Positions 35,268-50,148 of a DNA stretch of 57,276 bases are shown here, piece by piece. Made by a program: the position numbers and the translations under genes. The notes under the pieces were generated by a model, which did no database searches, was not told the DNA's origin, and was given only the letters and a program-made list of their open reading frames with translations. The stretch comes from Octopus bimaculoides (lineage: Eukaryota). The stretch lies in the NCBI RefSeq assembly GCF_001194135.2, contig NC_069003.1, positions 10,516,990-10,574,265 of the forward strand, read 5' to 3'. Numbering within the stretch: the stretch's first letter is position 1; each line of letters begins with the position of its first letter.

Positions 35268-36662
35268 TTAACCAGTTTCACAGATTACACTGATTTTCAA
35301 AAATTTCAAATAGAAAGACGTGGATTATGTCACAGCTGTCTTGCTTCTGACTAGTGTTTGAAGTTTGCCCTGTTTTTATAGGGAGTTCATAGCTCAAATT
35401 AGCATATGTTTTGAATAGGATTTGATTGGTAAAGGATAGTCACATGACTGGTCTTAGAAATTTTCGTACGTTCCTTGCTACAATATCATCTACCAGAACA
35501 TCCCACTACTAAAACAAGACCCAAGAATGAAACAAGCATTTGAAATACACAAAATAATCAAAAGTAAAAGACAATCAAAGTCCCTCAAAAAAATTCCTCA
35601 CAAGTACTAAATTACCTTCCAGAATTCCTACACCAACAGTCAAAAAATGTGGCCCCTCCAATTGCAGGACCTGCATCAACCTTATTGAAGACACATCATA
35701 CAAATTCAAATCAGGGCAGACTTTTACCGTAAAAAAAATCACTTTACATGTTCTTCAAGGAATTTAATATAAACTATCAAATGTCAAGGATGTAATGAAA
35801 ATTATACAGGTCAAACAAAACTTACTCTAAGACATAGACTGACCATTCACCAACAACAAATACAAGATTCCTGTACTTGACAGATACCACTGAGTGGTCA
35901 CATAGACATATGTGCAAAAAATAAGTCTCCCAAATTCCAGGTCTTCCCACTCCACCTATGTTCAGTGAATACCACAGATGAAGCACGGATAAACAAAGAA
36001 AATACTTTCATACAAAAGTCAAACCGAGACTTAACAAACTTTAACAGAGTACATACAAATAACTATTCACACACAAAATTCATTCTGCCACTTCTCATGG
36101 AGAAGTTGCACAGCTAGCAACCTAAATTTAAGCCATTACACAGCATACAAACAACTCCTGTCCACTCTCCAACTAAACAGATTAAATTTGGAGTGCCTCG
36201 ATTATAACTAAACATGTTCACTCAACTGTGTCAACATTCCTTTTAGGCACAAAATATATTGTCTCGTGACACTATCGCACAGATATAGCGGGAAATGTAC
36301 AAAAGGTTATAAACTCGAACGTGTATTCAAACTCTACAAACACTCAACAGAAAACATTTGGAGCATTGACCATTTGGATTTATTCAGTCAACCGTGTCAG
36401 CCTTAACTTATGACGTCAAACAGTGTCACTTGATACTAATACATGGATGTAGTGAGGAACCTACAAAAATTTCTAAGACCAGTCATGTGACTATCCTCTA
36501 CCAATCAAATCCTATTCAAAATATATACTAATTTGAGCCATGAACTCCCTATAAAAGCAGGGCAAATTTCAAACACTAGTCAGAAGCAAGACAGCTGCGA
36601 CATAAGCCACGTCTTTCTATTTGAACGTTTTGAAAATCAGTGTCAACTGTGAAACTGGTTAA
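35268..36662 (+). mobile_element. Penelope-like retroelement 3' fragment (GIY-YIG endonuclease remnant) bracketed by about 215-bp inverted terminal repeats (pLTR-like)
   Basis: Decayed ORF at about 35483-36045 reads NIIYQNIPLLKQDPRMKQAFEIHKIIKSKRQSKSLKK..KCGPSNCRTCINLIEDTSYKFKSGQTFTVK..CSSRNLI*TIKCQGCNENYTGQTKLTLRHRLTIHQQQI..IPLSGHIDIC, typical of PLE linker plus GIY-YIG. 35268-35482 is the reverse complement of 36448-36662. Confidence 0.8.
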
Positions 36663-37109
36663 ATCTTTAAATATAATTTTTTAAAATATTTTAACTACTG
36701 TAAAAACCCATGTAATCTACGCACTTTTTTTTGCAAAAACAAAAATAAACTTTAAGGGGTGCGTAAATTGGTTTTTGTTTTTAAGCTTAGTTCATTGCCA
36801 ATGCCGCTGCACTGGCTCCTGTGCAGGTGGCACGTAAAATACACCATTTTGAGCGTGGCCGTTGCCAGTACCTCCTGACTGGCCTTCGTGCCGGTGGCAC
36901 GTAAAAGCACCAGCTACACTCTCTGAGTGGTTGGCGTTAGGAAGGTCATCCAGCCGTAGAAACTCTGCCAAATCAGATTGGAGCCTGGTGTAGCCATCTG
37001 GTTCACTAGTCCTCAGTCAAATCGTCCAACCCATGCTAGCATGGAAAGCGAACGTTAAACGATGATGATGATGATCTCTTCTTCTGATGACCGAATGCTG
37101 AAGATGGCA

Positions 37110-37600
37110 TTACTTACCAGCTCCAGCAAATTCTTGCATTTACTTTAGCCTCCGGCCTTTGAGCACTCATGAAAAAGCCCCCCAGATACTTGGACTTCAC
37201 CACCTGTACCAGTGGAACTCCACTGACATGTAGATTACATTGTGAAGTCATCCTTGAGATGGTCTCAGCCTTTTGTGGTACTGAATTCGATTCCTGCTGA
37301 GCAGCACTTGGCATTAAATCTATCAAGTACATATCAGAGATCACCTTCAGATGAATTGTGCAGTATCATGTCGTCTGCAAAGTCCAGCCGAGTGATCTAA
37401 CATCTACTGGTTTTGATAACCTTTCCAGCCTGGCTGTGCATGTCAATCCAGGCCATAAAGTTTATGAAGAGGACAGGTGACAGTGCACACCCTTGGCAGA
37501 GCCCAACACCCAGACTGAACAGTCTCAACTTAGCACCATTTATCTGAACATGAATACTAAGGCATTCATATGGGAACTTCATGGCAACAAGAAGCTGTTT
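37110..37600 (-). mobile_element. Decayed non-LTR (RTE-like) reverse transcriptase fragment
   Basis: VQINGAKLRLFSLGVGLCQGCALSPVLFINFM, then ITRLDFADDMIL (FADD at about 37370-37381), then VPLVQVVKSKYLG. A short duplicate of the QG segment lies at about 38120-38185. Confidence 0.8.
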
Positions 37601-38622
37601 ACTTATGATAATATAGTTAGATTTGTGTGTGTGTGTGTGTGTGTGTGTGTGAGTATGTGTGAGCATGTGTGTGTGTGTGTGTGTGTGAGTATGTGTGAAC
37701 ATGTGTGTGTGTGTGTGTGGGAGGCGGGGGCACACAAATGAATAGATACATAAAAGTCAGTTGTGGATACAAATGTCAGTGTATATACATTTACACCCAT
37801 CCTGTACATACCAAGGAGTGCTCACATTAATGCGTATGAGTGTGTACATACACATACATACACCACAGGGAGAGTGGGGCAACAGGGGAAAATGCAGGTG
37901 CAAAAATTTGCCTAATAAATATTAACAAGAAACAGATGGCAGGGGAACAGGGGTGTTATTAACTTCAGGTGAAGTTAGTAGACCATGGTATTAGACATGA
38001 TAAACTGTGTTAATGTCTATATTAGTGTATTAGTATAGTGTACCAGAGGAATTTCAGTACACACCAGTCAACAGTACTGAACTAATCTTCTCCATCAAGG
38101 TACCCTGACCCATATATTATACGAAGACAGGTAACAGTGCACACCCTTGGTAGAGCCCAACTACAAATCCAGGCTGACCAATTTACCATGTGAGTGAATT
38201 TGATAGATGGAAATTGTGTGGAAGCTTAGGGTGTAGCTGTGTGGTAAGAAGCTTGCTTCCCAACCACATGGTTCTGGATTCAGACCCACTGTGTGGCATT
38301 TTTGGGCAAGTGTCTTCTTCCATAGCCTCGAGCCAACAAAACCTTGTGAGTAGTAGATGGAAACTGAAAGAAGATATACATATGTATGGCTGAGTGGTTA
38401 AGAAGCATGCTTCACAACCATAAGGTTCTGGGTTCAGCCCCACCACTGATATAGTCTCATGTCAGTCAATGTCCTATAAGTGGAAACTGGAAGACAGAAA
38501 GAGGCATAAAACCAACAAACAAGAGCTATGTAAGAAAGTACCCTGACTTTTGGCCTCTAATGTATGTATATTCATATGTCACCACTTGTTCATGCAGATT
38601 ATACAAATGTAAGTGTTAGTAC

Positions 38623-38679
<57 letters not shown>

Positions 38680-39333
38680 ACATACACACACACAAAATAT
38701 TTATACATATGTAACATGTGCCTGTGTATTCTTTTCTTTTACTGATTTCAGACAGGCAGACAGACAGCTGGACAGTCAGACAGATAAACAGACAGCTAGA
38801 GTCAGACAGACAGACTGCCAGGCAGGCAGATAGATAGATAGATAGATGAACAGAAACAGACTGATGGACAGACAAACAGATAGACAAATAGATAGACAAA
38901 CAGAGAGATAGGTAGATAGATAGACAGACAGACAGCAATGGATAGGCAGTTAGACAGACAAACAGAGACAAACAGACAGTGAGACACACATACAAAAAGG
39001 AGGAAATAAAGCGAGTGGGGTGGAAGTAAGTGATCTAACATAAAAGTGGGATAAATAATATGTTTATACAAATAAAATGGGAAACAGAACCAAATAAATG
39101 GCAAAGCAGCTCTCAGAATTTCTTTCCCAACTTTTGTTTTCATTCCTACTGCGACACCAAAAACTGGATCTTTGAATTTCCCCACCAACTTGTGACACAT
39201 TTTTTTTAATGACAACGATGCCTGCTAATTCACTTCATGACTTTATTTCTTCCTTTTAACTTAAATGTTAGGCCCAAAAAATGAGAGAGGGTGTGTGCAT
39301 GTATGTATGTATTCATGTATGTGTGTGTATATG

Positions 39334-39373
<40 letters not shown>

Positions 39374-40191
39374 CACACACACACACACACACTCTTTGGT
39401 AAGTGCCATGCACGAAACACGACCCTTGAGTCACTTTGTAACTTCTGTTGACATATATGTATGTTTGCATACAGATAGATAGATAGATAGATAGATACAC
39501 AGACAGGTATACAGACAGTTAGATACATAGACAGACAGACAGATAAACAGAGATATATATAGACAGACAGACAAATACACAGGCAGACGTTAGGCAAAAA
39601 TGACAGAGAGGACGTGTGTGTGTGTGTGTGTAATCATCATTATTTAACATCCATTGTCCATGCTGGCATGGGTTGAATGGTTTGACCAGGGCTGGTAAAC
39701 TGAGGGGCTGGACCAAACTGATCTGGCATGGTTTCTACAGCTGGATGGCCTTCCTAATGACAACCACTCCAAGAGTGTATTGGGAGCTTTTGTGTGCCAC
39801 TGGTATGGCTACCAGTTGCGTGACACCAGTATCTACCAGAACTATCATTTCACTAGGCTTGATGGCTCTTCTACTCAAGCAATGGATGATGAAATAACAA
39901 AAGCCAAAAGTCGTGTGGAACACAGCTACATAAGGTTTTTGTGGCTGAAACATTAATTCATTTCACCATTTTTCAAGATGAGAACAAGACAATTTGCCAG
40001 CTGCTTTTCTGTTTTTGAAAGCAACTGACAAACAGTTTTGTTCTAAGCTTGACAAATGGAGAAATAAATTAATGTTTTGGCCATGAAACCCTGGGTTACT
40101 GTATTTAACAAGAATTGTGGTTTTTATTATAACAGTATCTCTACTCTCTTAGCTGACCAACAGCTATTCTACTTGTTGAAACCTCACTACA

Positions 40192-40228
<37 letters not shown>

Positions 40229-41369
40229 GGGAGAATTCACAAAAACACAACAGACGAAGACAGGTGGTGTTGAAAACAAATAGATGTATTAGTATAACGC
40301 TCGGGAATTGTGAAAGTCTTTACATACATATACACACACACACACACATAAACAACAGGTTCTACACAATTTCCATCTATTAAACACACTCACACGGCAT
40401 TGATTGTCGTGGGGCTATAGTTGAAGAGCCTTGTCTAAGGTGCCATGCAGTGGGATTGAACCTAAAGCAATGTGGTTGCAAAGCAAGCTTATTAACCACA
40501 AACCATGTTTGTACTAGTGTATAGAAAAAAAATTTTAAATATGAAGACGACAGACCAAATCTATCTCAATTAACACCCTATACCCTTTAAAAATGAAGGA
40601 CACATTAAACAAAGGTAATCAGTCTAAAATAAACTACACTTGAAAAAATATATAATAGACGAGATGGTCATGATTGGAATGTCTTTCATCATAGGTCAAG
40701 CTCAAATAAAGCTGCCCTGGGGTTAAATGACATCGTTTCCCCTCAGTAATTAATAAACTGTTTGTAATCCACTTAACAAAAAAACATCATATTTGAAAGT
40801 CAAAAATTTCAGCAACAAACGAAAGTGAGTTAACGAGTTATGAGAGCAACAAGGTGTAAATTCTAATGTTTCTGGCTGTGTTTACGCATACTGCTACACA
40901 CACACACACACACACACACACGATGTTCAAATCTTGTCAGAGACAAAATCACTTTATTTCATCCTTCTTGGGTCAGGTAAAATAAAGTAGCGATCAGGTA
41001 CTTCTGGGGCCAGTTTAATTGCTCCTACGAAATTATCCTATATACCTACATGACTACATTACATTACATATAGATACATGCACACACACACACATATATA
41101 TGTAATACATCCATACTTGTATATATTTAACATACTTGTCATTTATTCATAACAATATACATACACCACATATACATACATTACGTTTATTCACAACACA
41201 CACACATACATAACAATGTATATACACTTAATACACATACTTTACATATATATAGCATGAATGCATTACATATGTAACATACATTTAATACATTACATAC
41301 ATATAAACATCATACACATATACCACAATGCACATATATATACACACAGACATAATATATACACATAAC

Positions 41370-41422
<53 letters not shown>

Positions 41423-42674
41423 ACATACATAATATATANNNNNNNNNNNNNNNNNNNNNNNNNNNNNNNNNNNNNNNNNNNNNNNNNNNNNNNNNNNNNN
41501 NNNNNNNNNNNNNNNNNNNNNNNNNNNNNNNNNNNNNNNNNNNNNNNNNNNNNNNNNNNNNNNNNNNNNNNNNNNNNNNNNNNNNNNNNNNNNNNNNNNN
41601 NNNNNNNNNNNNNNNNNNNNNNNNNNNNNNNNNNNNNNNNNNNNNNNNNNNNNNNNNNNNNNNNNNNNNNNNNNNNNNNNNNNNNNNNNNNNNNNNNNNN
41701 NNNNNNNNNNNNNNNNNNNNNNNNNNNNNNNNNNNNNNNNNNNNNNNNNNNNNNNNNNNNNNNNNNNNNNNNNNNNNNNNNNNNNNNNNNNNNNNNNNNN
41801 NNNNNNNNNNNNNNNNNNNNNNNNNNNNNNNNNNNNNNNNNNNNNNNNNACATCACTTGACAACCGATGCTGGTGTTTACGTCGCCGTAACTTAGCGGTT
41901 CAGCCAAAGAGACCGATAGAATAAGTACTAAGCTTACAAAGAATAAGTCCTGGAGTCGATTTGCTCGACTAAAGGCAGTGCTCCAGCATGGCCACAGTCA
42001 AATGACTGAAACAAGTAAAAGAGTATACACACACATCCATTACATACGTATACACATATACACTACATACATGTACATATATTACAGACATCCTGTATAC
42101 ATGTATACATACATATTTAGACAGCACAATGTAGTATGTGACATACAATAACATGAGATGGTCACGATTAGAAGGCTTCTAATTATAACTCCTGTCTGAT
42201 CATGGCTAAAAATAAACATCTACTACGTAATAAACACACCTTCACATGGAATGCTCACAGTTTCAGTTTCACTTTCACACTTCGAGGTACTTCTGTTTAT
42301 TCCTCTAATATTCACTTGGTTAACTTTAGAACTAATAACAGCTGTTGGCTTCATTGAACAGCAACGACAGCCACTGCTTCCATTGGTCTCCCATACATAT
42401 TTATTTCGTTGTGTGTTTGTAAAAGAGAAAGTTTGAGATGCTGAGGACTTATATTTGTGTGTGTGTGTTTATATACATATGTGTATATGTGTTTATGTAT
42501 ATATCTATGTATGTGTGTGTGTATATATATATATATACACACGTGTGCGTGTGTATATCTATGTATATGTAACTGTGTATGTGCGTGTAGGTATATATGT
42601 ATACATCTATGTATATGTAAATACATATATGTGTGTGTATGTGTGTGTATGTGTGTCTGTGTGTGTATACGTGT

Positions 42675-42745
<71 letters not shown>

Positions 42746-43189
42746 TATATATGTAGATGGTACATCCTGACTCACTCCTCTACAGCAAGACACCCGTTTC
42801 TGTCCGTCTATTATACACCAACCTCCAATCACTTGACACAAAGCCAACTTCCTCATAACTACTAAACCCTCAGCCGATGGGTCATGTCTTGCAAATTACC
42901 TGGTCACCTAGCTGGTGCTGGTGTCTCATAAAAGCACCCTGTACACTCTGCAAAGTAATTGGAATTAGTAAGGGCATCCAGCCATAAAAAAAAAAACATG
43001 CCAAACGAGAGAGTACAGCCAGGTACAGTCTTGTGGCTTGCCAGCTCCTGTCAAACCGTCAAACCGTCAGAAAATGGACATTAGATGATGACAGTGATCA
43101 TAGATACACACAGTGGATGCATGTATATACATGTGTATGCATATGTGAATGTATGTGATTTGTGTGTGAGTGTGTGTACGTACTTCATT

Positions 43190-43515
43190 GTATCGACCAG
43201 GCTATTGGATATTGTCATACACTGCTGATTACAATGCGCTTTCAATTCTTTTCTTGATTGCACCATTCTTTTCTATCTTGTTCCAAACTGTTTTACTAGA
43301 TCATCTTGCCATCATTGTGGAGGCCTTCAACATGACCTTTCCCAGCCACTTGGAAACCACACAGCAATTTCACAGGTCCACCTGCTAAGTGTGAGCCTTG
43401 TAAAAAGACTGGCCCAGTACAACTTGTGCTTTTGGTATTCTGCAAATACATCATTCACTCTGCTTTGGTCTCAAATTATCTCATTTCGGATATGGTCACA
43501 CAATGATATTCCTAG
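43190..43515 (-). mobile_element. Decayed RTE LINE C-terminal fragment
   Basis: Minus translation VLGISLCDHIRNEII*DQSRVNDVF..KLYWA..RWTCEIAVWFP..RPPQ*WQDDLVK resembles the RTE C-terminal region (GVSLRDRIRNEEIR..KWxWAGH..W.P..RP..RW.DDL). Confidence 0.7.
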
Positions 43516-43949
43516 CACACATGTGTGTGTGTGTGTGTGTGTGTGTGTAATTTAAGGGCATACTTCAACATATTTTCTTCCACGATCTTCTCTGTCTCTT
43601 TTTTTCCACCTGAGGTATCTAGGTATCTCCTCTACTGCAACACACGTTTTTTTTTCTGCCCCTCTCTCATATTTTAACTTCTCATCACCTGGTATAAAGC
43701 AACCTCCCACACAGCTACTTCACCCCTCAGAACAGGGGTCTTGTCTTGAAAGTTATTTTGTTGACCTTACTGGTTCTGGTGCCATCTAAAAAAAGTACCC
43801 AGTACGCTCTGTAAGGTGGGTGGCATTTAGAAGGGCAGCCATCAATGGAAACCATGCCAAAGCAAACAACACAGTTTGGTACACACTTCTGGCTTGCCAG
43901 TTCCTGTCAAACAGTCCAACCCAGGCCAGCATGAAAAAATGAACATTAG

Positions 43950-44036
<87 letters not shown>

Positions 44037-44653
44037 TAATCGTGATGGCACCTGTGCCCAGCATCACCTTCTTGGCACTTGTGCCAGTGGCACGTGTAAA
44101 GACATTCGAGCGAGATCATTGCCAGTGCCACTGGACTGGCTCCTGTGCATGTGGCACGTAAAAGCACCCACTTCACACTCTCGGAGTAGTTGGCATCCAG
44201 CTGTAGAAACTCTGCCAAATCAGATTGGAGCCTGGTGTAGCCACCTGGTCCACCAGTCCTCAGTCAAATCGTCCAACCCATGCTAGCATGGAAAGCGGAC
44301 ATTAAACGATGATGACGGTGATACATATATATATATATATAAATATGTATATATATGTATGTATAGATTTCATCATGTTAAACCATTAACCCCACTGAGA
44401 TATTTTTTCCTCTCCGTTTTGTTTTTTTTCTTTCTTTCTCCATTTTTATCATCTCATCCCTTTCAGTCAAAGACTGAAGGCTCAAAGCACCAAAGACTTT
44501 TCCATTCTTCCCAAACGCAAAACCGATACAACTGTTTGTTGTTCCCTCACTTGTCTTTGTCTTTTGGTTTTTGTACATTTGAACCATATACGTGTATGTG
44601 TGTGTTAGGTCATATATACATGTATATATTAGATGATATATGTACTTGGAGAG

Positions 44654-44825
44654 TTTAAATGTAGTTACAAAAATATGTTTAAATGTAGTTACAAAAATAT
44701 GTTTAAATGTAGTTACAAAAATATGTTTAAATGTAGTTACAAAAATATGTTTAAATGTAGTTACAAAAATGTTTAAATGTAGTTACAAAAATATGTTTAA
44801 ATGTAGTTACAAAAATATGCTTAAA
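44654..44825 (+). repeat. 24-bp minisatellite (TTTAAATGTAGTTACAAAAATATG)n running into an N gap
   Basis: About 7 near-perfect units visible, one shortened to 22 bp. Confidence 0.9.
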
Positions 44826-45658
44826 NNNNNNNNNNNNNNNNNNNNNNNNNNNNNNNNNNNNNNNNNNNNNNNNNNNNNNNNNNNNNNNNNNNNNNNNNNN
44901 NNNNNNNNNNNNNNNNNNNNNNNNNNNNNNNNNNNNNNNNNNNNNNNNNNNNNNNNNNNNNNNNNNNNNNNNNNNNNNNNNNNNNNNNNNNNNNNNNNNN
45001 NNNNNNNNNNNNNNNNNNNNNNNNNNNNNNNNNNNNNNNNNNNNNNNNNNNNNNNNNNNNNNNNNNNNNNNNNNNNNNNNNNNNNNNNNNNNNNNNNNNN
45101 NNNNNNNNNNNNNNNNNNNNNNNNNNNNNNNNNNNNNNNNNNNNNNNNNNNNNNNNNNNNNNNNNNNNNNNNNNNNNNNNNNNNNNNNNNNNNNNNNNNN
45201 NNNNNNNNNNNNNNNNNNNNNNNNNNNNNNNNNNNNNNNNNNNNNNNNNNNNNNNNNNNNNNNNNNNNNNNNNNNNNNNNNNNNNNNNNNNNNNNNNNNN
45301 NNNNNNNNNNNNNNNNNNNNNNNNNNNNNNNNNNNNNNNNNNNNNNNNNNNNNNNNNNNNNNNNNNNNNNNNNNNNNNNNNNNNNNNNNNNNNNNNNNNN
45401 NNNNNNNNNNNNNNNNNNNNNNNNNNNNNNNNNNNNNNNNNNNNNNNNNNNNNNNNNNNNNNNNNNNNNNNNNNNNNNNNNNNNNNNNNNNNNNNNNNNN
45501 NNNNNNNNNNNNNNNNNNNNNNNNNNNNNNNNNNNNNNNNNNNNNNNNNNNNNNNNNNNNNNNNNNNNNNNNNNNNNNNNNNNNNNNNNNNNNNNNNNNN
45601 NNNNNNNNNNNNNNNNNNNNNNNNNNNNNNNNNNNNNNNNNNNNNNNNNNNNNNNNNN

Positions 45659-45696
<38 letters not shown>

Positions 45697-45698
45697 AT

Positions 45699-45955
45699 CA
45701 GTTGTAGTCAAAAGTTTGGAACATAGGTGTGAAAATTTCAATTCTTATATTAAATACCCAAAGTTAAATTAAAAGTAAGCAATTTGGTCTAGAACTATAT
45801 TTTTGTTTTTGCCTATATTTTCTTCTAAATATTGAACCATTGGATCACGTATTAGGTACGTATATCTTTACATTCTATATATTTGAATCAAATTGTTCTT
45901 GGGCATAATAAAAACTTGTTTTTAAAAAGATGTTCCAAACTTTTAGCCACAACTG
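45699..45955. mobile_element. Tc1-like MITE
   Basis: 25-bp TIRs CAGTTGTAGTCAAAAGTTTGGAACA / TGTTCCAAACTTTTAGCCACAACTG (22/25 match). TA on the right flank only. Confidence 0.7.
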
Positions 45956-46131
45956 TATATATAGCCCATATCAGCACAGAAGATAAACATTTGATGATGA
46001 TATATATATATATGTATATATATTATATACATATATATATTATATATACATATATATATACATATATATATATATATATTATATACATATATATATATTA
46101 TATATACATATATATATACATACATATATAT

Positions 46132-46184
<53 letters not shown>

Positions 46185-48889
46185 TCTCCCAAGGCTTTGG
46201 CTGGCCCAGGGTCATGGTAGAATACACTTACCCAAGGTGCCACATAGAGGGACTGAACGCAAAACCAAGTGGTTGGTAACCAAACTTCTTAACCACACTG
46301 CCACACCTGCACCCATATGTTTCGTTTTATAACCTTCCATTCTTATTTAATGAATGACCATTTTGCTAAAATAATGTTTTTTAGAAAACAAAAACCCACT
46401 AACTTAATAAATCATAAAAGAGTTAATGGTTTTCTATAATTAAGGCCCTTCAGATTACTTGATTATTTTCAAAATTAATTGTGACACATAATGAGTGGGG
46501 GTATTTAATTAGAAATATGTAGAAATATGGCAACAAAAGGATCAAAAAGAATGCCTGAAGTGGAATGAACAAACATTATTGCCAGGAATGTGCTCACACA
46601 CAAAGACCTAATATGTGTGTGTATTCTGTTTTGCTCTAGGCTAACCTTAATTCAAAAAGTTTATCATTAAACGTGTTTCAGCTATGACCATCCCATATTA
46701 TATTCAAGCATAGTTTGTCTAGAGCCATATTGTTATCCAATGCATACTTCCTTTGAAACAAAAGGGTAATGTTCTGAGGGAGATTTAGCTGCTATTTCTA
46801 ATAGGTCAAGTGACCACAAAGAGGCTCCTTCTATAGCTCATCTCTGTACCTGTTGTTACTGTTTTAGTCCCAGACCAAAACTGATTGAGCGAACTTATCA
46901 AAAGTATCCCACTCATAGTCATCCGTACTTTGTTCCAGACGCTGTACAACTGCAAACTGCATTGTCAATGTATCATTTCCACTTTTTAATGTGTGGTTTG
47001 AGGAAGATTTGACTGTTATTTTCAGCAAGTTGAGAGACAACACAGAAGCTAACATGTTCCCTTCTATATTTTACCGATCACAGTTAGCTGCTATACACCC
47101 ACCCTTGTTGTCCAGTACCTCAATATTTTCAGTCCCAAAGGAGGTGAGCTGGCAGAAACGTTAGCACACCGGGTGAAATGCTTAGCGGTATTTCATCTGC
47201 CGTTACGTTCCGAGTTCAAATTCCGCCGAGGTCAACTTTGCCTTTCATCCTTTCGAGGTTGATAAACTAAGTACCAGTTACGCACTGGGGTAAATGTAAT
47301 CGACTTAATCCCTTTGTCTGTCCTTGTTTGCCCCTCTATGTTTAGCCCCTTGTGGGTAATAAAGAAATAAGAAACGTTAGCACACCAGATGAAATGCTTA
47401 GTGGCATTTCGTCTGTCTTTACATTCTGAGTTCAAATTCCGCCAAGGTCGACTTTGCCTTTCATCCTTTCGGGGACAATAAATTAAGTACCAGTTGTGTA
47501 TTGGGGTTGATCTAATCAACTGGCCCCCTCCCTCAAAATTTCGGGCCGTGTACCTAGAGTAGAAAGAATATTTTCAGTCCCACTGTGTGACAGCCTTCAC
47601 AAGTGTCTTCTAATATAAACCCAGTTTGACCAAAGCCTTATGAATGGATTTAGTAGATAGAAATTGAAAGAAGCCCATCATATGTGTGTTTGTGTGTGTG
47701 TGTCTGTGTGCATGTGCACGCACATGTTCCCACCCACTGTTTGACAACCAGTGGCGGTCCCTGTAATCTAGCGGTTCAGTAAAAGAGACTGATAGTACAA
47801 GTACCAGGTTTTTAAAAATGAGTACCGGAGTCAATTCATTCAACTAAAATTCTTCAAGCTGTAGCAGATCTGAACCTCATATGCTGGATTGAAACTAGCT
47901 TATCAACTTGACCTTTATTACAATTCCACAACTTAACCCAAAGGTTGTGTTGTAGTTAGGGAAGGTTGACAAGGTGCCAAACCTCCGGCAAAATGTTCAA
48001 AGCCTGTCAAATGGGCCAGCAATATGCTTGACTTTCAATTGGCTCAGTCCACTAAGCCGAAAACAGGTACCACGTTAAGATCTGGCTCACGGCAGGAATG
48101 GGAGCACTGTATCCACAATGGAAAGAGTTTGTTTGGTCAATATAAGCCCAGCAATAAGGCCCAGAGTTGCACCACAACCATCACCACCACAGCTGATCTT
48201 ATGACTTGCAGTCAAGAGGAATTCAATTTGTCTTAGTAACACCACATATGGTTTAAACTGCTTAAGACAGATATACACTAGAAAAGGCTGAAGAGGAGAC
48301 AGAAGAAGAAGAAGAAAACAAAAGAACAGGGATAGAAGATTACAGGAGATAGACAAAGAAAAGTGATAATGATGATGAATACATTCATCAACTGTCAACA
48401 CTTTCACCACAAACAGAAATTGAACACAGCAGTGATTGATTTTTATTTTGCACAAAATAAAAGTGTGCATATCATCAGCAGCATTTAACGTCTGTTTTTC
48501 CATGCTGGCATGGGTTGGACAGCTTGACAAGAACTGGCAAGGCCAAGGGCCACACCAGGTTCCATAGTCTGTTTTGACTGGTTTCTACAGCTTGATACCA
48601 ATCACTTTACAGCTGGTGCTTTTTATGTGGTACCAGTGCTTTTTACGTGGTACCATAATCATCATCATTTCCCATGCTTTTCCATGCTTGCCTAAGTCAG
48701 ATGGAATTTATTGAAGCAGATTTTCTGCAGATGGGTGCTCTTCCAGTTGCCAATGCTTACCTGTTTCTAAGCAATGTAATATTTCCCTTTGACCAGACAT
48801 GTTTATGCAGAATATTGGAAATGAACAACACTGCGTGTACGACAGTGACACTCATTTACAACTAACATGTGATGTCAAGACAAAGACAG

Positions 48890-48925
<36 letters not shown>

Positions 48926-49351
48926 TACACACATCGAATATGCTTCTTTCAGTTTCTGCTTTCTGAATCCATTCACGAGGCTTTTATCAGCCCAGGGCTA
49001 CAGTGGAAGACACTTGACCAAGTAAAAAGCACCATTTAAGTGGTGGGCTTCACGGAAGCAATGACAAATGACTGAGGCCTTTGGCAATATACCGTGCTTG
49101 AGAAGGAGACCCATCGAGCCAAGTGAAATCATAGCCATGGTGGATACTGATGTCATGCAAGTGGCACCCATGCCAGTGGCAAGTAAAAGCACCCATAACA
49201 CTGTCAGAGTGGTTGGCATTAGGAAGGGTATCCAACCATAGAAACCATGCCAAATCAGACTGGAGTCTGGTGCAGCCCCTCAGCTTACCAGCCTTGGTCC
49301 AACTGTCCAACCCATGCCAGCATGGACAACGAACATCAAAAGACGATGATG

Positions 49352-49384
<33 letters not shown>

Positions 49385-49859
49385 ATTTACTTATTGAATT
49401 TATTTACCAATAATGTGGTCCATAGGGTAAATGTCTTTGAATGGTACTACCCAGGTGTTGAAAGCATAATGATATCCATGGGGCAGCTGATGATGGAGGT
49501 ATGTTGGATTGTTGGTATGGCTGTTTTTGTATATGTAGAATAGTATTATAACACATCCTTTTGATATATATATATATATATACACATACAAATTAATCAA
49601 AGGACATACTAAATATGTCTACCTGCTTGAAATAACAGTCAAAACTCGTTATTAAATCACCAAAAAATACATTGGTGATTACTACAGAAATCAAACGATG
49701 GCAAATTTGGTTAAGACAATCTACTTACATACATTTAAGTATTTGGATTTATGTGGACTAGTTTCTGCATTGGCATAATATGCCTTAGCTTCTTCAACAC
49801 GCATTACCAGGATGGTTTCTATGGTTGTAAATTAATTTTTATATATATACTGGACTTTG

Positions 49860-50140
49860 TAGGGTTTTCAAGCGAGATCGTTGCCAGTGCCCCTGGACTG
49901 GCTCTTGTGCAGGTGGCACATAAAAGACACCATTTCGAGCGTGGCCGTTTTCGTGCGGGTGACACGTAAAAGCACCCACTACACTCTCTGAGTGGTTGGC
50001 GTTAGGAAGGGCATCCAGCTGTAGAAACTCTGCCAAATCAGATTGGAGCCTGGTGTTGCCATCCGGTTTCACCAGTCCTCAGTCAAATCGTCCAACCCAT
50101 GCTAGCATGGAAAGCGGACGTTAAATGATGATGATGATGA
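49860..50140 (+). mobile_element. Young repeat with RTE-type 3' tail ending in (GAT)n; representative copy
   Basis: TGGTTGGCGTTAGGAAGGGCATCCAGCTGTAGAAACTCTGCCAAATCAGATTGGAGCC..CCCATGCTAGCATGGAAAGCGGACGTTAAATGATGATG. Near-identical copies at about 36800-37075, 44040-44310 and, inverted, 27700-27910. Confidence 0.75.
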
Positions 50141-50148
50141 TATATATA

